This document shows positions 33,029-43,280 of a stretch of DNA of 64,000 nucleotides, piece after piece. This stretch comes from a phage. The translations under genes were made by a program, and so were the position numbers. Every line of letters starts with the position of its first letter. Positions within the stretch are counted from its first letter, which is position 1. Location of the stretch: sequence record PZ386951.1. One strand, 5' to 3'. The notes below the pieces were generated by a model, which was not told where the DNA came from, made no database searches, and saw nothing but the letters and a program-made list of their open reading frames with translations.

Positions 33029-34353
33029 TTGATTTCCTCTAAATCTTTGGTGTATTCTGTAACTACATCAGTAGTTTTCCAATATTCGTTTTCTTCTTTT
33101 TTAGCTTTAGCTTCTTCTGCAAGTTTCTTTGCTTCGTCGGAAGTCATATGAAAAATATTCATTCCGACTAGTTTATCAACATAAGAAGAATACATATCGA
33201 TTTTCGAAAGTTCTTCGGTCAGTTCTTTACGAGTTTTACCCTGTACAACAATTTCACCTGAAATTACTTTCTTAATGAAATGCGCCTTGGCAAAGGCTAA
33301 ACGAAAAGCGGACTCAGTTTCTTTAATTTTGTTATCAATTCGTTTTTGGACATAAGTTTTACGAACTTCAACAAAGTCTTTAATTAAATCAACTACGTTA
33401 TCGTAAACTTGTAGTTTTCCTTTCTCATTAATAACGGTAATATTCTGAGAACGACGCTCAATCAACCCGAAGTCTTTCATGATTTTTGCATGGCGTTCTT
33501 CTTCGTTATCGCTCAAAGAGTATTCTTTGCGGAATTTAACTTTAAAGCCAAAACCATGCTCACCACAAGCATCATCCCATGTAATGAAGCCTTTATCTTC
33601 AAGCGGGTCTAAGATTTTACTCACATAAGTTTCACGATCATACTTATACGGAATCTCGGTGATATGCATTTGAGTTCGTGAAGTAAACTTATATGTTCCA
33701 CGAATTTCATATTGCCCATCAATTTCAACGACTTCACCACGAAATTCTGGGAATTCTACCTTCGGTTTAGTTACTTTCTTTCCTTGAAGAGCTTGCAGTA
33801 CAGCTTTCTTGACAGAAGAAACACTATGAGGAAGAATGTAAGTTGCATAACCAGTTGCAATACCGGAAACACCATTAAGAAGAACAGTAGGAATAATAGG
33901 CAAATAGAAAGCAGGCGGAATGTGTTCTTTATCTTGATGTACCGGAGCATATTCAGTATCTTTATATACGTTATAGAAATTTTTACTTACACGAGCAAAA
34001 ATATAACGACTTGCCGCTGCCTTTTGGACAGTACGAGAACCGAAGTTTCCTTGACCATCTAACAGAGGAAAGTTATTATTCCAAGTGTTAGCCATCAAAG
34101 CACCTGCGTCTTGCGCAGAGTTTTCACCATGATGATACCCAAGGTCCGCTACACCACCTGCAATAGAAGCAAGTTTGTGAAACTTATCTTTATTTCCTCG
34201 TGCTAAATCAAGGGCTCGAGCAATAACAAATCGTTGAACTGGCTTAAATCCATCAATCATATTTGGAATGGCACGATTTTCAACCGTGTACATAGCATAA
34301 GCCAATGCTTCATTATCAATGATACTTTTTAAATCGCGATTATTCAGTTGCAT
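33025..34353 (-). CDS. 52: DNA topoisomerase II medium subunit gp52 (GyrA-like, 442 aa)
   Basis: 442 aa; GyrA-like cleavage/religation domain. Confidence 0.9.
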   Translation of the reverse strand: MQLNNRDLKSIIDNEALAYAMYTVENRAIPNMIDGFKPVQRFVIARALDLARGNKDKFHKLASIAGGVADLGYHHGENSAQDAGALMANTWNNNFPLLDGQGNFGSRTVQKAAASRYIFARVSKNFYNVYKDTEYAPVHQDKEHIPPAFYLPIIPTVLLNGVSGIATGYATYILPHSVSSVKKAVLQALQGKKVTKPKVEFPEFRGEVVEIDGQYEIRGTYKFTSRTQMHITEIPYKYDRETYVSKILDPLEDKGFITWDDACGEHGFGFKVKFRKEYSLSDNEEERHAKIMKDFGLIERRSQNITVINEKGKLQVYDNVVDLIKDFVEVRKTYVQKRIDNKIKETESAFRLAFAKAHFIKKVISGEIVVQGKTRKELTEELSKIDMYSSYVDKLVGMNIFHMTSDEAKKLAEEAKAKKEENEYWKTTDVVTEYTKDLEEIK

Positions 34354-34357
34354 AAAT

Positions 34358-34498
34358 TTACCATACTAGTGAATGTAGTGCCATAATAACATCAGAAATG
34401 AAAAGCACGACTTGAATTAATCCGAACATTACTCCATAATATAGTGCTACCAATAAAGTAGCAAGGGCTAGTGAATAGCCCAAGATTTTCTTAATCAT
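34358..34498 (-). CDS. small hydrophobic peptide (46 aa), below cutoff
   Basis: ATGATTAA overlap with ac stop. Confidence 0.4.
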   Translation of the reverse strand: MIKKILGYSLALATLLVALYYGVMFGLIQVVLFISDVIMALHSLVW

Positions 34499-34649
34499 TA
34501 GTAGATAACAGCACAAATGTTAAATATGCACACATACCCTGGGCTAAAGCTTGTGAAAACACACTGCTAGCATCGATACAGATAGTTAAAACACATGCTA
34601 CTATCCAACAAATAAATGAAATAACTCCTAATAATTTTGCGATATTCAT
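34491..34649 (-). CDS. ac: small membrane protein (52 aa), probable Ac (acridine sensitivity)
   Basis: hydrophobic 52-aa ORF adjacent to stp, size/position like T4 ac. Confidence 0.5.
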   Translation of the reverse strand: MNIAKLLGVISFICWIVACVLTICIDASSVFSQALAQGMCAYLTFVLLSTND

Positions 34650-34656
34650 ATTTTCC

Positions 34657-34737
34657 TCACTGGCGTCCGAAGACGCCTTTGGTTTTAAGATTGTTACGAT
34701 AGAACTGCATCACGTGTTCGTTGTGGAAATTACTCAT
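34657..34737 (-). CDS. stp: Stp peptide (26 aa), activator of host PrrC anticodon nuclease
   Basis: translation [26 protein letters not shown] matches T4 Stp as I recall it; TAATG overlap with ndd. Confidence 0.8.
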
Positions 34738-35195
34738 TAATATGCCTGTAAAACAAATTTAAAGTTATCAGCCAACATACGATTCATTTCTTCAAGCGTT
34801 TGATACTCAGAATGATGATTACGAGTAAACGCTAAAGCTAACTGTCCTTTTCCAAATCCCGTCGTCAGAGGTTTCATCTTAGAAGCAGGCAGATAAAATA
34901 CTGTGTATGGAACATTGTTATTTGCAATAGTACGTGCAAGCTGAGACCGACGTTGACGAATATGACTTAGAACTGCGCTGAATCCTTGCTTAGAACGTTG
35001 ATTACCTACATAAAATCGTGCTGACACACATGGATTACTAAATGGACGACCATCTAATTTACTTACTAAAAAGTAAAATCCAGGTTTAGATAAAATATCT
35101 TTATGCGGAGTTCCCAAAAACCACTCACCACCCTTGATTGTACCAATAACAGTAGCGCCTGCGTTGTTCAGATCAGTAACAGTCATGTATTTCAT
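34737..35195 (-). CDS. ndd: nucleoid disruption protein Ndd (152 aa from MKYM; ORF track extends to 35243)
   Basis: size and position; SD GAGG before the MKYM start. Confidence 0.7.
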
Positions 35196-35227
35196 ATTAA
35201 TTTCCTCTAAATTATTTTCTACTCCAA

Positions 35228-35249
35228 GGCCGCATGAATACATGCGGCC
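35228..35249 (-). promoter_or_regulatory. 9-bp-stem hairpin upstream of ndd
   Basis: GGCCGCATG-aata-CATGCGGCC. Confidence 0.5.
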
Positions 35250-35255
35250 GATAAA

Positions 35256-35471
35256 TTAATCGTCGCAGTCGACGCTCAATTCCCAAAACTCTTCCACAGT
35301 ATAAGTTTCAGTATCATTTTCAATACAGAAACGTTCATTACTGTTATTTGCTAAAGTAGCATTAACTGTCGGTTTCTCGCTAGTGCTCTTAAGAGGTGAA
35401 ATACGAATTAACTGATCACCGTTATCTAAACAGAAAATTTCACCAACTTTTACATCTTTAAAACTTTTCAT
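35256..35471 (-). CDS. hypothetical protein (71 aa)
   Basis: ORF upstream of ndd. Confidence 0.5.
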   Translation of the reverse strand: MKSFKDVKVGEIFCLDNGDQLIRISPLKSTSEKPTVNATLANNSNERFCIENDTETYTVEEFWELSVDCDD

Positions 35472-35586
35472 AATTTACCTCAAGGAGTATAAAATCCGAA
35501 TGCAGTTGTTGACCATCCCATCCAATATGGAAAATTTGCACCAATGTAAAACATAAGAATATAAAACCAAATGTTTAGTAAATTCA

Positions 35587-35805
35587 TCATTTTACACCAT
35601 TCCAAATTGTTTCAACCACAGATTTTAAACCATTTTGATGAATATCCATTCCGACTACCGCCATCAAATAGATTCCAACTACAACTGAACCTAAGGCAAA
35701 AATCAGCATGAAAATGAATAAAGCCGGAAAAATATTATCGAAAAACCATTCAATAAATGTAAAAGCACTGCGTTTACGCTTCATATTTTCCTCACATAAA
35801 TCCAA
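35587..35805 (-). CDS. small membrane protein (72 aa ORF; possibly shorter from MKRKR)
   Basis: hydrophobic ORF. Confidence 0.45.
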   Translation of the reverse strand: MDLCEENMKRKRSAFTFIEWFFDNIFPALFIFMLIFALGSVVVGIYLMAVVGMDIHQNGLKSVVETIWNGVK

Positions 35806-35905
35806 AGTAAGCGTTTAATACATCAATCATTAAAACGATTGGGAATATACTCAAAACTATTAGTATTATAACTACATTCCATATAACTTTAATAATCTTT
35901 TTCAT
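35792..35905 (-). CDS. small membrane peptide (37 aa, MKKIIKV...)
   Basis: GGAGG SD right after the early promoter at 35930-35964; the 82-aa track ORF looks like an upstream over-extension. Confidence 0.4.
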   Translation of the reverse strand: MKKIIKVIWNVVIILIVLSIFPIVLMIDVLNAYFGFM

Positions 35906-35929
35906 TTTCTGTTCCTCCGTAGTTGATAG

Positions 35930-35964
35930 GGTAATAGTACCACGGAAGAACAGTCTTGTAAACA
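35930..35964 (-). promoter_or_regulatory. early promoter
   Basis: GTTTACA -35, TGG-TACTATTAC -10. Confidence 0.55.
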
Positions 35965-36148
35965 ACTTTTTTAAAAATATTCGTAATAAATGTGAATACC
36001 AATCACGACTGCCGAAACTTGCGCAACCCACCATGCACAAGCAATAAGTACAGAATTCAAAATTTTCATAATAACCTCATTACAAAAGTAAATGTTAAAC
36101 AAATTACTGGAATACTAATTAACCAAACAAAACACCACCACAATGAAC

Positions 36149-36412
36149 TCATAGTTCAATCTCAGCGATTTTCATTTCATTACTATTAATAGCCGCTTTA
36201 AGACTATCTGAAAGAATTACATCCCAATGGTCATTCATATAACCATTAACTAAACGTGTAATTTCTTCAGGAGTTGAAAAATAAGGCGTATCAGACTCCC
36301 AATGCGATAATCCTAAGCGAGTATAAATCATACCTTCATCATCGCTAGAATATTCAACTGACACAAACTCATCAGTTATTTTATGTTTAGCGTAATAAAA
36401 TTTAAATTTCAT
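36149..36412 (-). CDS. hypothetical protein (87 aa)
   Basis: ORF with early promoter at 36438-36471. Confidence 0.5.
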   Translation of the reverse strand: MKFKFYYAKHKITDEFVSVEYSSDDEGMIYTRLGLSHWESDTPYFSTPEEITRLVNGYMNDHWDVILSDSLKAAINSNEMKIAEIEL

Positions 36413-36437
36413 TTTCCGCTCCTCCGTAGTTGATAGT

Positions 36438-36471
36438 TGTATAGTACCACAGTCCTTGTGGTATGTAAACC
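36438..36471 (-). promoter_or_regulatory. early promoter
   Basis: GTTTACA -35, TGG-TACTATAC -10. Confidence 0.55.
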
Positions 36472-36487
36472 GTTTTGTGAAAATTTT

Positions 36488-37045
36488 TTAAATGGAAAGA
36501 TACCATCCGTTGTAGTTGCTTTTTCTTACAACCTTACGAAGGTCTTCTCTATCACCGATGAACTTCGGAGTGTACTGGATGACACCTGGGTGAATTTCTT
36601 TAGTGTTGAATATAATTATACAGTCAGCGACCTGATGATTCAGAATGGGCCCTAGATTTATTCCAGAACCATATGGATACTCTCCGCTGCATCCCGTTGT
36701 TACAGAAATCCAACGTGAGTCAGTTTGATGTGTCTTAACTTCTACACGAAGCCCGCAGTATCTTGGATGCGCCAATACATCCCATGCGTATGTATACGGG
36801 TCATTAACGTCCTCTTGGCCTTTGTTAACATACCCGCTTAGCCAATCTGCTACAAAAAACTCTGCGTACACCGCGATACGGCATCTTTCGATAACTTCTG
36901 CTTTATCCTGGTTCGGGTTTTGTTTTAAAGAGTATCTTGCTGTATCAGCAATTTTGACCTTCATTTCACTAGTCAAGTCACTGTTAGATAGGGTAAATGA
37001 CGGAATCTGAAATAGTCTCTGTAAACCCGGATTCGTTTTCTGCAT
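36488..37045 (-). CDS. denB: endonuclease IV (185 aa)
   Basis: 185 aa and position between rIIB and ndd as T4 denB. Confidence 0.7.
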   Translation of the reverse strand: MQKTNPGLQRLFQIPSFTLSNSDLTSEMKVKIADTARYSLKQNPNQDKAEVIERCRIAVYAEFFVADWLSGYVNKGQEDVNDPYTYAWDVLAHPRYCGLRVEVKTHQTDSRWISVTTGCSGEYPYGSGINLGPILNHQVADCIIIFNTKEIHPGVIQYTPKFIGDREDLRKVVRKSNYNGWYLSI

Positions 37046-37113
37046 TTAAACTTTCCTTTATGTCGGAATCACTGATATTCATATAATAAATCATAATTTC
37101 TCTTAAAACAAAA

Positions 37114-37125
37114 GGGCCGAAGCCC
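37114..37125 (-). promoter_or_regulatory. intercistronic UUCG hairpin
   Basis: GGGC-UUCG-GCCC + short U-run. Confidence 0.5.
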
Positions 37126-37130
37126 TTATT

Positions 37131-37325
37131 TTATTTGAATTGTGCAATTCTTTTCTCTAGACATTCAGCATAAGATTTCATTGAAATGAACTGTGAAAGC
37201 AGCAGTTCTTGCTCAACTGTACTAACCGTTAGAAACTTTGCGCTTTCTAAAAATTTGCTCAGTGCATTAATTTTGAGCATTAATTGATCGTATTCTTCTT
37301 TTACTCGTGCTTGATAACCTAACAT
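37131..37325 (-). CDS. hypothetical protein (64 aa)
   Basis: ORF flanked by two GGGC-UUCG-GCCC hairpins. Confidence 0.5.
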   Translation of the reverse strand: MLGYQARVKEEYDQLMLKINALSKFLESAKFLTVSTVEQELLLSQFISMKSYAECLEKRIAQFK

Positions 37326-37341
37326 AATTTTCCTTAGTTAA

Positions 37342-37353
37342 GGGCCGAAGCCC
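37342..37353 (-). promoter_or_regulatory. intercistronic UUCG hairpin directly after rIIB stop
   Basis: same 12-nt element as 37114-37125. Confidence 0.5.
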
Positions 37354-38292
37354 TTATTTAAATTGTTCAGTAACGTCTTCAACTACTTCGTATTGGCAGG
37401 TACGCATTTTAGCATCGTTGTAATCAATCGGAATTGATACTACATCACGCGGATGTACTTTAACTTTTACAACTCGGCTAGTTGAACTGCCAAAGTGGCG
37501 AATATAAGATTTAGAACACACATGCAGACCACGAGAACAAGTTTGTGTATCATCGTCATTCACACGAGTACGTGGCATTTTAACTACTTTACCCGGACTG
37601 TTATCAAAGGTGTTTGAGTGACAGTCAAAGTAGTTGTCACGAACTACTTTCCAAGCATAGAAGTAACCATCTTCGGTGATTTCAATATCGTTTGCTACCA
37701 AGAAATCAAAAAGTCGAGATACCGCTTTCTGGCTTGGGTTTTCCAGCAGATTTTCCAAGAACGGAAAATAAAATTCAAAGTTTTCACCTTTTTCCATCGA
37801 GTCAAGAATACGATCAACTAAACCGGACCGCAATTCGATATTTTGATAGAACAAGCTTCCACCTTCAATTCGAACATCGCCGGAAATATATTTTTCAACA
37901 GCGCGACGAACATTAATTTTTTGTGCCGCTTCTTCCAACTTATCTGCTACAAGCAGATTAAGAATTTCCTGGAAGTTTGAATGAGTATTAGGAGTTGCGT
38001 TATAAGTTACACCGTCAACAGTAATTGAAATGAATTTTTTAGAAGCATTCCAAATAATATCAGATTTAGCAACTGGAGCAATAGCTACATCGCTATTAAC
38101 TTTAACTGTAATGTCACCGCTAATAGTAACTGCAGAGCGTTCTGCTTCTTCAGCATTTTTCAAAACACGACGGATTGTGTCAACCGATACACCTTGCCAA
38201 TCAGCCAATTCCTGCTGAGTGTAATTACCACTTGAATACAGTTTAACAATTTCAGCTTGTTCGTTTTTGGTCAGGCATTTAATATTGTACAT
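37354..38292 (-). CDS. rIIB: rIIB protein (312 aa)
   Basis: 312 aa, N-terminus MYNIKCLTKNEQAEIVKLY as I recall T4 rIIB. Confidence 0.85.
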   Translation of the reverse strand: MYNIKCLTKNEQAEIVKLYSSGNYTQQELADWQGVSVDTIRRVLKNAEEAERSAVTISGDITVKVNSDVAIAPVAKSDIIWNASKKFISITVDGVTYNATPNTHSNFQEILNLLVADKLEEAAQKINVRRAVEKYISGDVRIEGGSLFYQNIELRSGLVDRILDSMEKGENFEFYFPFLENLLENPSQKAVSRLFDFLVANDIEITEDGYFYAWKVVRDNYFDCHSNTFDNSPGKVVKMPRTRVNDDDTQTCSRGLHVCSKSYIRHFGSSTSRVVKVKVHPRDVVSIPIDYNDAKMRTCQYEVVEDVTEQFK

Positions 38293-38303
38293 AATTTTCC
38301 TTA

Positions 38304-40481
38304 TTAGGTCGCAAGGGCCTTCATAGTTTTGGCGATTTGGGAAACTTCATCATCACTTAAAGAGTTGCGATATCCGATGAAGTCGGAAACAATACGGAAT
38401 TTCTTGGTAAACTCAGCAACCATTTTATCACTGTTTTTTGAAGCATTATTTGATAATACATCAAAAAGATTAGTTACTGTCCAGATGTCATGACCGATGG
38501 TATCTTTTCCACCGTTGAAATATACACCCTGTAATGAACTAACCATATTAGCGAGTCGTGTATATTCTTCAGAAACTTCATCTACACTGAAGTACTTCAT
38601 CATAAAATCTAACTCAGGATACTTGATAATTTTATCAATATATCGTTTAGCTGAACTTGAATAACCTACATACTTATCATAATCTACATCATCAAAAGCA
38701 TCTACATATAAATCACGCAAAGCTTCAAAAATACATTGGCACTGACCGAGTTCTTTTACCTTTTTCTGTAAAAGCGGACGAATAACATAAAATTCATTAA
38801 TGCCAATAAGATTAGCCATACGAATCAAAATATTCATAGATGGATGACAAAGAGATGTAGTACCATCCATAGAGAAAATATCAGAACGATGCATATACGC
38901 TACATAACCAGTAATTTCATCTGCTTCTGACGTAAGTGTAAATAGTTCCTCTTTTTCCCAGCGCCCGTCTTTAATTTCAAATTTAAATGCTGTAGCAGCT
39001 TTAGGACGAGGAGCTTTACTTTTAATTACCTTTGGAATATAGCTTTTAACTAAAGCTTCAATTTCTGACAAATAATGAATGTTAACTTCATCACTTTCAA
39101 ACATCGCCATAATATCAGGAAGCAAATCAATCTGCGATTCTACTTCCGGATTAATAAACAGAAGACGCTCATTGTGATGAATATTTAAAGTGTTATTAAA
39201 TTCACTATCATCTAACGCATGTGCTAATCCACGGACAATATTAACACGATTTTTAATATTATCAATAACGATATTAATTTTTGTTGTATTAATACCAAAC
39301 AGACGATAACTTGATGCAACGGCTGAAGTTTCATGACTTTGCTTAATGCGTTTCAGTCGAGGGTCAAGATTTACTTCATACACAACCCCTGCATTACATA
39401 ACTTACTATCAGGTTCAAACATACTCTGCATCTTCTTATATGACAGATTTTTAGTCGTGAATTTGACTGAATTACTAATCATATAATCTCGAGCAGAATA
39501 CCCCATCTTCATCAATTCACGATATGTATGACGGGGAGATGTAGATTCTTTAAATCGTTTTACATCTTCATTAAATGCTTTCTCACTGAGTTCTTTAACT
39601 CGTTCAATAATATTTTTACGAGTGCGATCATCTAGTGAAAGAGCCTCGCGAGATGGAGCAATATCAAGTGAACCCATTGGAAACTTAATGTAATTCACTT
39701 CATTGCGAATGCTTAGCCAGTTACGGTCTCTAATAACACCATCGATAGGATAAACAATACCGCCATAGATAGCATATAATCCGCCGCGATCTGGCCAGTA
39801 TCTTTCTGGATTTACACCGTAATAATCATCAAAATCCGGAAAATAATCAATTTCGCGGTCAAGACCATTAATGATAGCCAAATCTTTGAACGGTCGCATG
39901 ATATAAGAAACTTCATAAGCAAAGTTTCTAAAGTCTTTTTCTTCAACTGGAACTACGATTTCAATACCAGTTTTATCATCTGGACCCATTTCTTTTACGA
40001 ATGTAGGTTTAATCTGCGGACCATCGCCATCCATGTAAGCTACATAACCACGAATTTCACCTTTATGATACGAAGTAATACTAAATGTATCAGTATAACT
40101 AAACGGAGATTTAGAACCTAAACCAAATCCGCCAATGAAATCGTTAGATTCAGCCTTAGATGAACTGAAGTATGAATTATACAGCCCAGGAGAATTATCA
40201 TCACCCTGAATATCAAAATCACTCATACCCGGACCAAAATCTCGACAAACAAATCGTGGATCTAAACGTCCAGGAACTTGAATGATAAATTTTTCAGGAT
40301 TTCCATTGAGAGCATGAGCATCAATCATGTTAGTAATTAATTCACGGACTACTGCGCGAATTTTGTTTGTATACAAATCAGATGACAGAATTTTAAATAC
40401 TTTAGGAGATGCTGTGATGCTAAATGCTTTTGATTTAGAACCATTACCAAGAATTGTTTCTTTTTCAGTGGTGATAATCAT
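38304..40481 (-). CDS. rIIA: rIIA protein (725 aa)
   Basis: 725 aa; N-terminal GHKL-type ATPase-like region. Confidence 0.9.
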   Translation of the reverse strand: MIITTEKETILGNGSKSKAFSITASPKVFKILSSDLYTNKIRAVVRELITNMIDAHALNGNPEKFIIQVPGRLDPRFVCRDFGPGMSDFDIQGDDNSPGLYNSYFSSSKAESNDFIGGFGLGSKSPFSYTDTFSITSYHKGEIRGYVAYMDGDGPQIKPTFVKEMGPDDKTGIEIVVPVEEKDFRNFAYEVSYIMRPFKDLAIINGLDREIDYFPDFDDYYGVNPERYWPDRGGLYAIYGGIVYPIDGVIRDRNWLSIRNEVNYIKFPMGSLDIAPSREALSLDDRTRKNIIERVKELSEKAFNEDVKRFKESTSPRHTYRELMKMGYSARDYMISNSVKFTTKNLSYKKMQSMFEPDSKLCNAGVVYEVNLDPRLKRIKQSHETSAVASSYRLFGINTTKINIVIDNIKNRVNIVRGLAHALDDSEFNNTLNIHHNERLLFINPEVESQIDLLPDIMAMFESDEVNIHYLSEIEALVKSYIPKVIKSKAPRPKAATAFKFEIKDGRWEKEELFTLTSEADEITGYVAYMHRSDIFSMDGTTSLCHPSMNILIRMANLIGINEFYVIRPLLQKKVKELGQCQCIFEALRDLYVDAFDDVDYDKYVGYSSSAKRYIDKIIKYPELDFMMKYFSVDEVSEEYTRLANMVSSLQGVYFNGGKDTIGHDIWTVTNLFDVLSNNASKNSDKMVAEFTKKFRIVSDFIGYRNSLSDDEVSQIAKTMKALAT

Positions 40482-40491
40482 AATTTCCTCA

Positions 40492-40695
40492 TTAATTCAT
40501 ATTACGCTTAATAACTTCAGCAACTTCTAGTAGTTCATCTTTAGTTGCGGTGTCGGATTGAATTTTATCTCTAATATCCTTAAAGCGGTTTTTAAATTCT
40601 TCGGCTTCTCCCATATCGAAAAAGCGTTGAATGATTCTATATTCTCGATGAACTGCTTTATCAAAAAGTTCTAAATTTACTTTATATGATTTCAT
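40492..40695 (-). CDS. hypothetical protein (67 aa), rIIA.1-like
   Basis: ORF immediately upstream of rIIA. Confidence 0.5.
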   Translation of the reverse strand: MKSYKVNLELFDKAVHREYRIIQRFFDMGEAEEFKNRFKDIRDKIQSDTATKDELLEVAEVIKRNMN

Positions 40696-40719
40696 TCCAA
40701 TATCCTCATTTGCCCAATT

Positions 40720-40751
40720 AATTATACCACATCCTTGTGGTAAAGTAAACT
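40720..40751 (-). promoter_or_regulatory. early promoter upstream of rIIA.1/rIIA
   Basis: GTTTAC -35, TGG-TATAAT -10; overlaps gene 39 3' end. Confidence 0.55.
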
Positions 40752-42570
40752 ACTGGCTCATCCATTCTTTACGAAGGTCAGCATTATCTCCCATGAGCAT
40801 TTCAAAAAGCTCTTTCCAGTTCTCAGGAAGTTTAACAACATCATATACTGGATTTTGAATCATTTCACGATATTCAGATTTTTCCAAAGAGCCAAGTCCT
40901 TTAATATAACGGATGCTATGTTTAGGTAGAGCATCTTTGGCACTCTCATATTCAGCGACTGTATAAAACCATTCTTGTTTTTTACCGACCTGAGCGATGA
41001 TTACAGGAGTTTTGACAAAGCGAATTCGTCCTTGCTCAAACAATTCTGGCCAATTACTAAAAAATCCGAGCAGAGAAGGATAAATGCTTCCTAGACCATC
41101 ATAGTCAGCATCAGTCATAATAGCAATATTGCGATAATTCAAGTTTTCAGCTTTTTCACCAAGAACTAGACCAGTGATTGCGCAAATATCAAACAGTTCT
41201 TTGTTTTTAAGCATATCAGCATATGACATACCCCAGCTATTAAGAACTTTACCGCGTAATGGATAACCACCATGAAGTTCTTTATCGCGAACATCAATAA
41301 GATATCCGATAGCAGAATCACCCTCAGTCAAGAAAAGAGTAGTATCAGCATCTTTACCACAAAGATTCGCTTTAATATGTTTATGAACCTTAGCTTTAGA
41401 AGCCTTTTTAGCTGCTTTAGTTTCTGCCGCTTTTTCTGCCGCCAATTTACGAGCTAGTGCAGCTTCAATAATCGGCATCAAAATCGCTTCATTATTCAAA
41501 ATAGCACGTGAAATCTTTTTAGCATCAAGTTGAATATGACTACGGATTTCACCAAATGGAGAAGTCAAACGCTCTTTAGTTTGAGAATCAAATCGCATGT
41601 TTTTCATATCACGAACAAACATAACGATAGTCAAACATTCTTTAACGCGTGCTTTAGTTACATCAATTTTGAACTTACGTTTGATTTGTGGAATAAGGTC
41701 TTCACAAATATCATCCATAACACAATCAATGTGATGGCCACCATTCTTAGTATGAATGTTATTCACATAAGTTAATTGACGAAAACCATCCGGTGAACGA
41801 CCAACCGCAATAGAACAATTTTCTTGCTCTTGAACAATAGCATGTTCATCATACTGTCGTGCATATTTCTTAAAATTGCCCTGAACCTTTTTACCATTAA
41901 AGGTAAATTGAATATCAGGATAAACAACAGCAAGTGTCTGGAGACGATCTAATGTAATGTCAAGATAAACTTGGGACAGCTCATTAGTTTCAAATGTCAT
42001 AAAATCAGGAATGAAAGTAACACGGGTTCCTTTCCATTTTCCAGGAATATCTTCCCATGATTTATTTTCCATGCCATTTGAACAACGAACTACAATATTA
42101 TTTTGACCGTCGCCAGTTTCACCAACAAACATCACAGAAAAAATATTTGTCAAACTAGAACCAACACCATTCATACCGCCAGTGACGCGTTCTTTATCAT
42201 CACCAAAGTTACCACCTGCTTTTGGAATAGTCCATGCAGCAACAGGACCAGGAATTTCTTCACCGGTAGGTGTTTTAACCATCGCCTGTGGAATACCGCG
42301 ACCGTTATCTTCAACTGTTACTTGATTGTTTTTAATAGTAACATTAATTTTATTTGCGAATTTAAACTTAGTACGAATACCTTCATCGACTGAGTTATCG
42401 ATAATTTCATCAATAAGCTTAACAAGACCAGGTACATACTGAACACTTTCCCATTTACCAAACAGAAAGCGCTCATGCATTTCATTAGCTGAAGAGCCAA
42501 TGTACATGCCGCTACGCTTTTTGATATGTTCAATATCGCTCAGAATTTTAATTTCATTCTTAATCATCAC
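40750..42570 (-). CDS. 39: DNA topoisomerase II large subunit gp39 (GyrB-like ATPase + Toprim, contiguous 606 aa)
   Basis: GHKL ATPase motifs (GGMNGVGSS) and Toprim (LTEGDSA) in one ORF. Confidence 0.9.
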   Translation of the reverse strand: MMIKNEIKILSDIEHIKKRSGMYIGSSANEMHERFLFGKWESVQYVPGLVKLIDEIIDNSVDEGIRTKFKFANKINVTIKNNQVTVEDNGRGIPQAMVKTPTGEEIPGPVAAWTIPKAGGNFGDDKERVTGGMNGVGSSLTNIFSVMFVGETGDGQNNIVVRCSNGMENKSWEDIPGKWKGTRVTFIPDFMTFETNELSQVYLDITLDRLQTLAVVYPDIQFTFNGKKVQGNFKKYARQYDEHAIVQEQENCSIAVGRSPDGFRQLTYVNNIHTKNGGHHIDCVMDDICEDLIPQIKRKFKIDVTKARVKECLTIVMFVRDMKNMRFDSQTKERLTSPFGEIRSHIQLDAKKISRAILNNEAILMPIIEAALARKLAAEKAAETKAAKKASKAKVHKHIKANLCGKDADTTLFLTEGDSAIGYLIDVRDKELHGGYPLRGKVLNSWGMSYADMLKNKELFDICAITGLVLGEKAENLNYRNIAIMTDADYDGLGSIYPSLLGFFSNWPELFEQGRIRFVKTPVIIAQVGKKQEWFYTVAEYESAKDALPKHSIRYIKGLGSLEKSEYREMIQNPVYDVVKLPENWKELFEMLMGDNADLRKEWMSQ

Positions 42571-42620
42571 TTATCCTCGTTTGGTTTCGGGAATATTATA
42601 CTCCAATAATCATAAAGCTA

Positions 42621-42636
42621 AAGGCCCGAAGGCCTT
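42621..42636 (-). promoter_or_regulatory. intercistronic UUCG hairpin upstream of gene 39
   Basis: AAGGCC-UUCG-GGCCUU. Confidence 0.5.
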
Positions 42637-42906
42637 TTATTTAAAACGAATAGTCGAATCCTTGAAGAATAGTCCAGAACATACTGTTCCTTCTACTTTC
42701 TGCCCAGTAGGTCCAATAGCACGAAATCCAGTATGCTGGAAATCATTTTCAGAGCAACCGAACCAATTATATCCAGTGATTTCAATATTAGTAAAACCAC
42801 TTGAAGACAAAACTTTGGTTGCATTATCAGCATCAGTACATCCTATTAAAGACACTGCTAATACTAATGCTGCAATAGAACGATTAATATATTTCATAAT
42901 TTTCAC
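42637..42906 (-). CDS. putative lipoprotein (89 aa)
   Basis: signal peptide with lipobox LIGC. Confidence 0.5.
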   Translation of the reverse strand: MKIMKYINRSIAALVLAVSLIGCTDADNATKVLSSSGFTNIEITGYNWFGCSENDFQHTGFRAIGPTGQKVEGTVCSGLFFKDSTIRFK

Positions 42907-43280
42907 TTAAATTTAATGGCTTGAAGAAGACTAATAACTCTCAAGCGGCTTCTTTCATCTTTAACTGTAAAGGAAAGAGGGTCACCAGATTTCATAGTGA
43001 TAGTGCATTCAAAATCAAAATCTTCAGGAACTTCTTCGAAGAAGTCAAATTCTTCATCATAAATTAGAACATTACTTTGAAAACTGTGAAGAATTTTTCC
43101 ATCATTTCCAGATGCTGTACTAATCATTGTAACATTATGGCCTTTCATATCTTCAACGATAAATTCGCTTGTAGATATTACAGCATTAATAGAACCATTC
43201 CTATAAATAGCAGACATTAGATATTTCTTTTCTTCACCTTCGCGAATACGGTATTTCTTACCAATTTTAAACATAATCAC
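42903..43280 (-). CDS. hypothetical protein (125 aa; track start is GTG, probable ATG start at 43274)
   Basis: ORF upstream of gene 39. Confidence 0.5.
   Translation of the reverse strand: MIMFKIGKKYRIREGEEKKYLMSAIYRNGSINAVISTSEFIVEDMKGHNVTMISTASGNDGKILHSFQSNVLIYDEEFDFFEEVPEDFDFECTITMKSGDPLSFTVKDERSRLRVISLLQAIKFK

Noticed and set aside
35792-36040. 82-aa ORF as given in the track
   Set aside because: N-terminal half overlaps the early promoter and another small frame; the SD-supported start gives a 37-aa peptide
42103-42910. Plus-strand ORFs of 96 and 136 aa
   Set aside because: Antisense to gene 39 and the adjacent lipoprotein ORF
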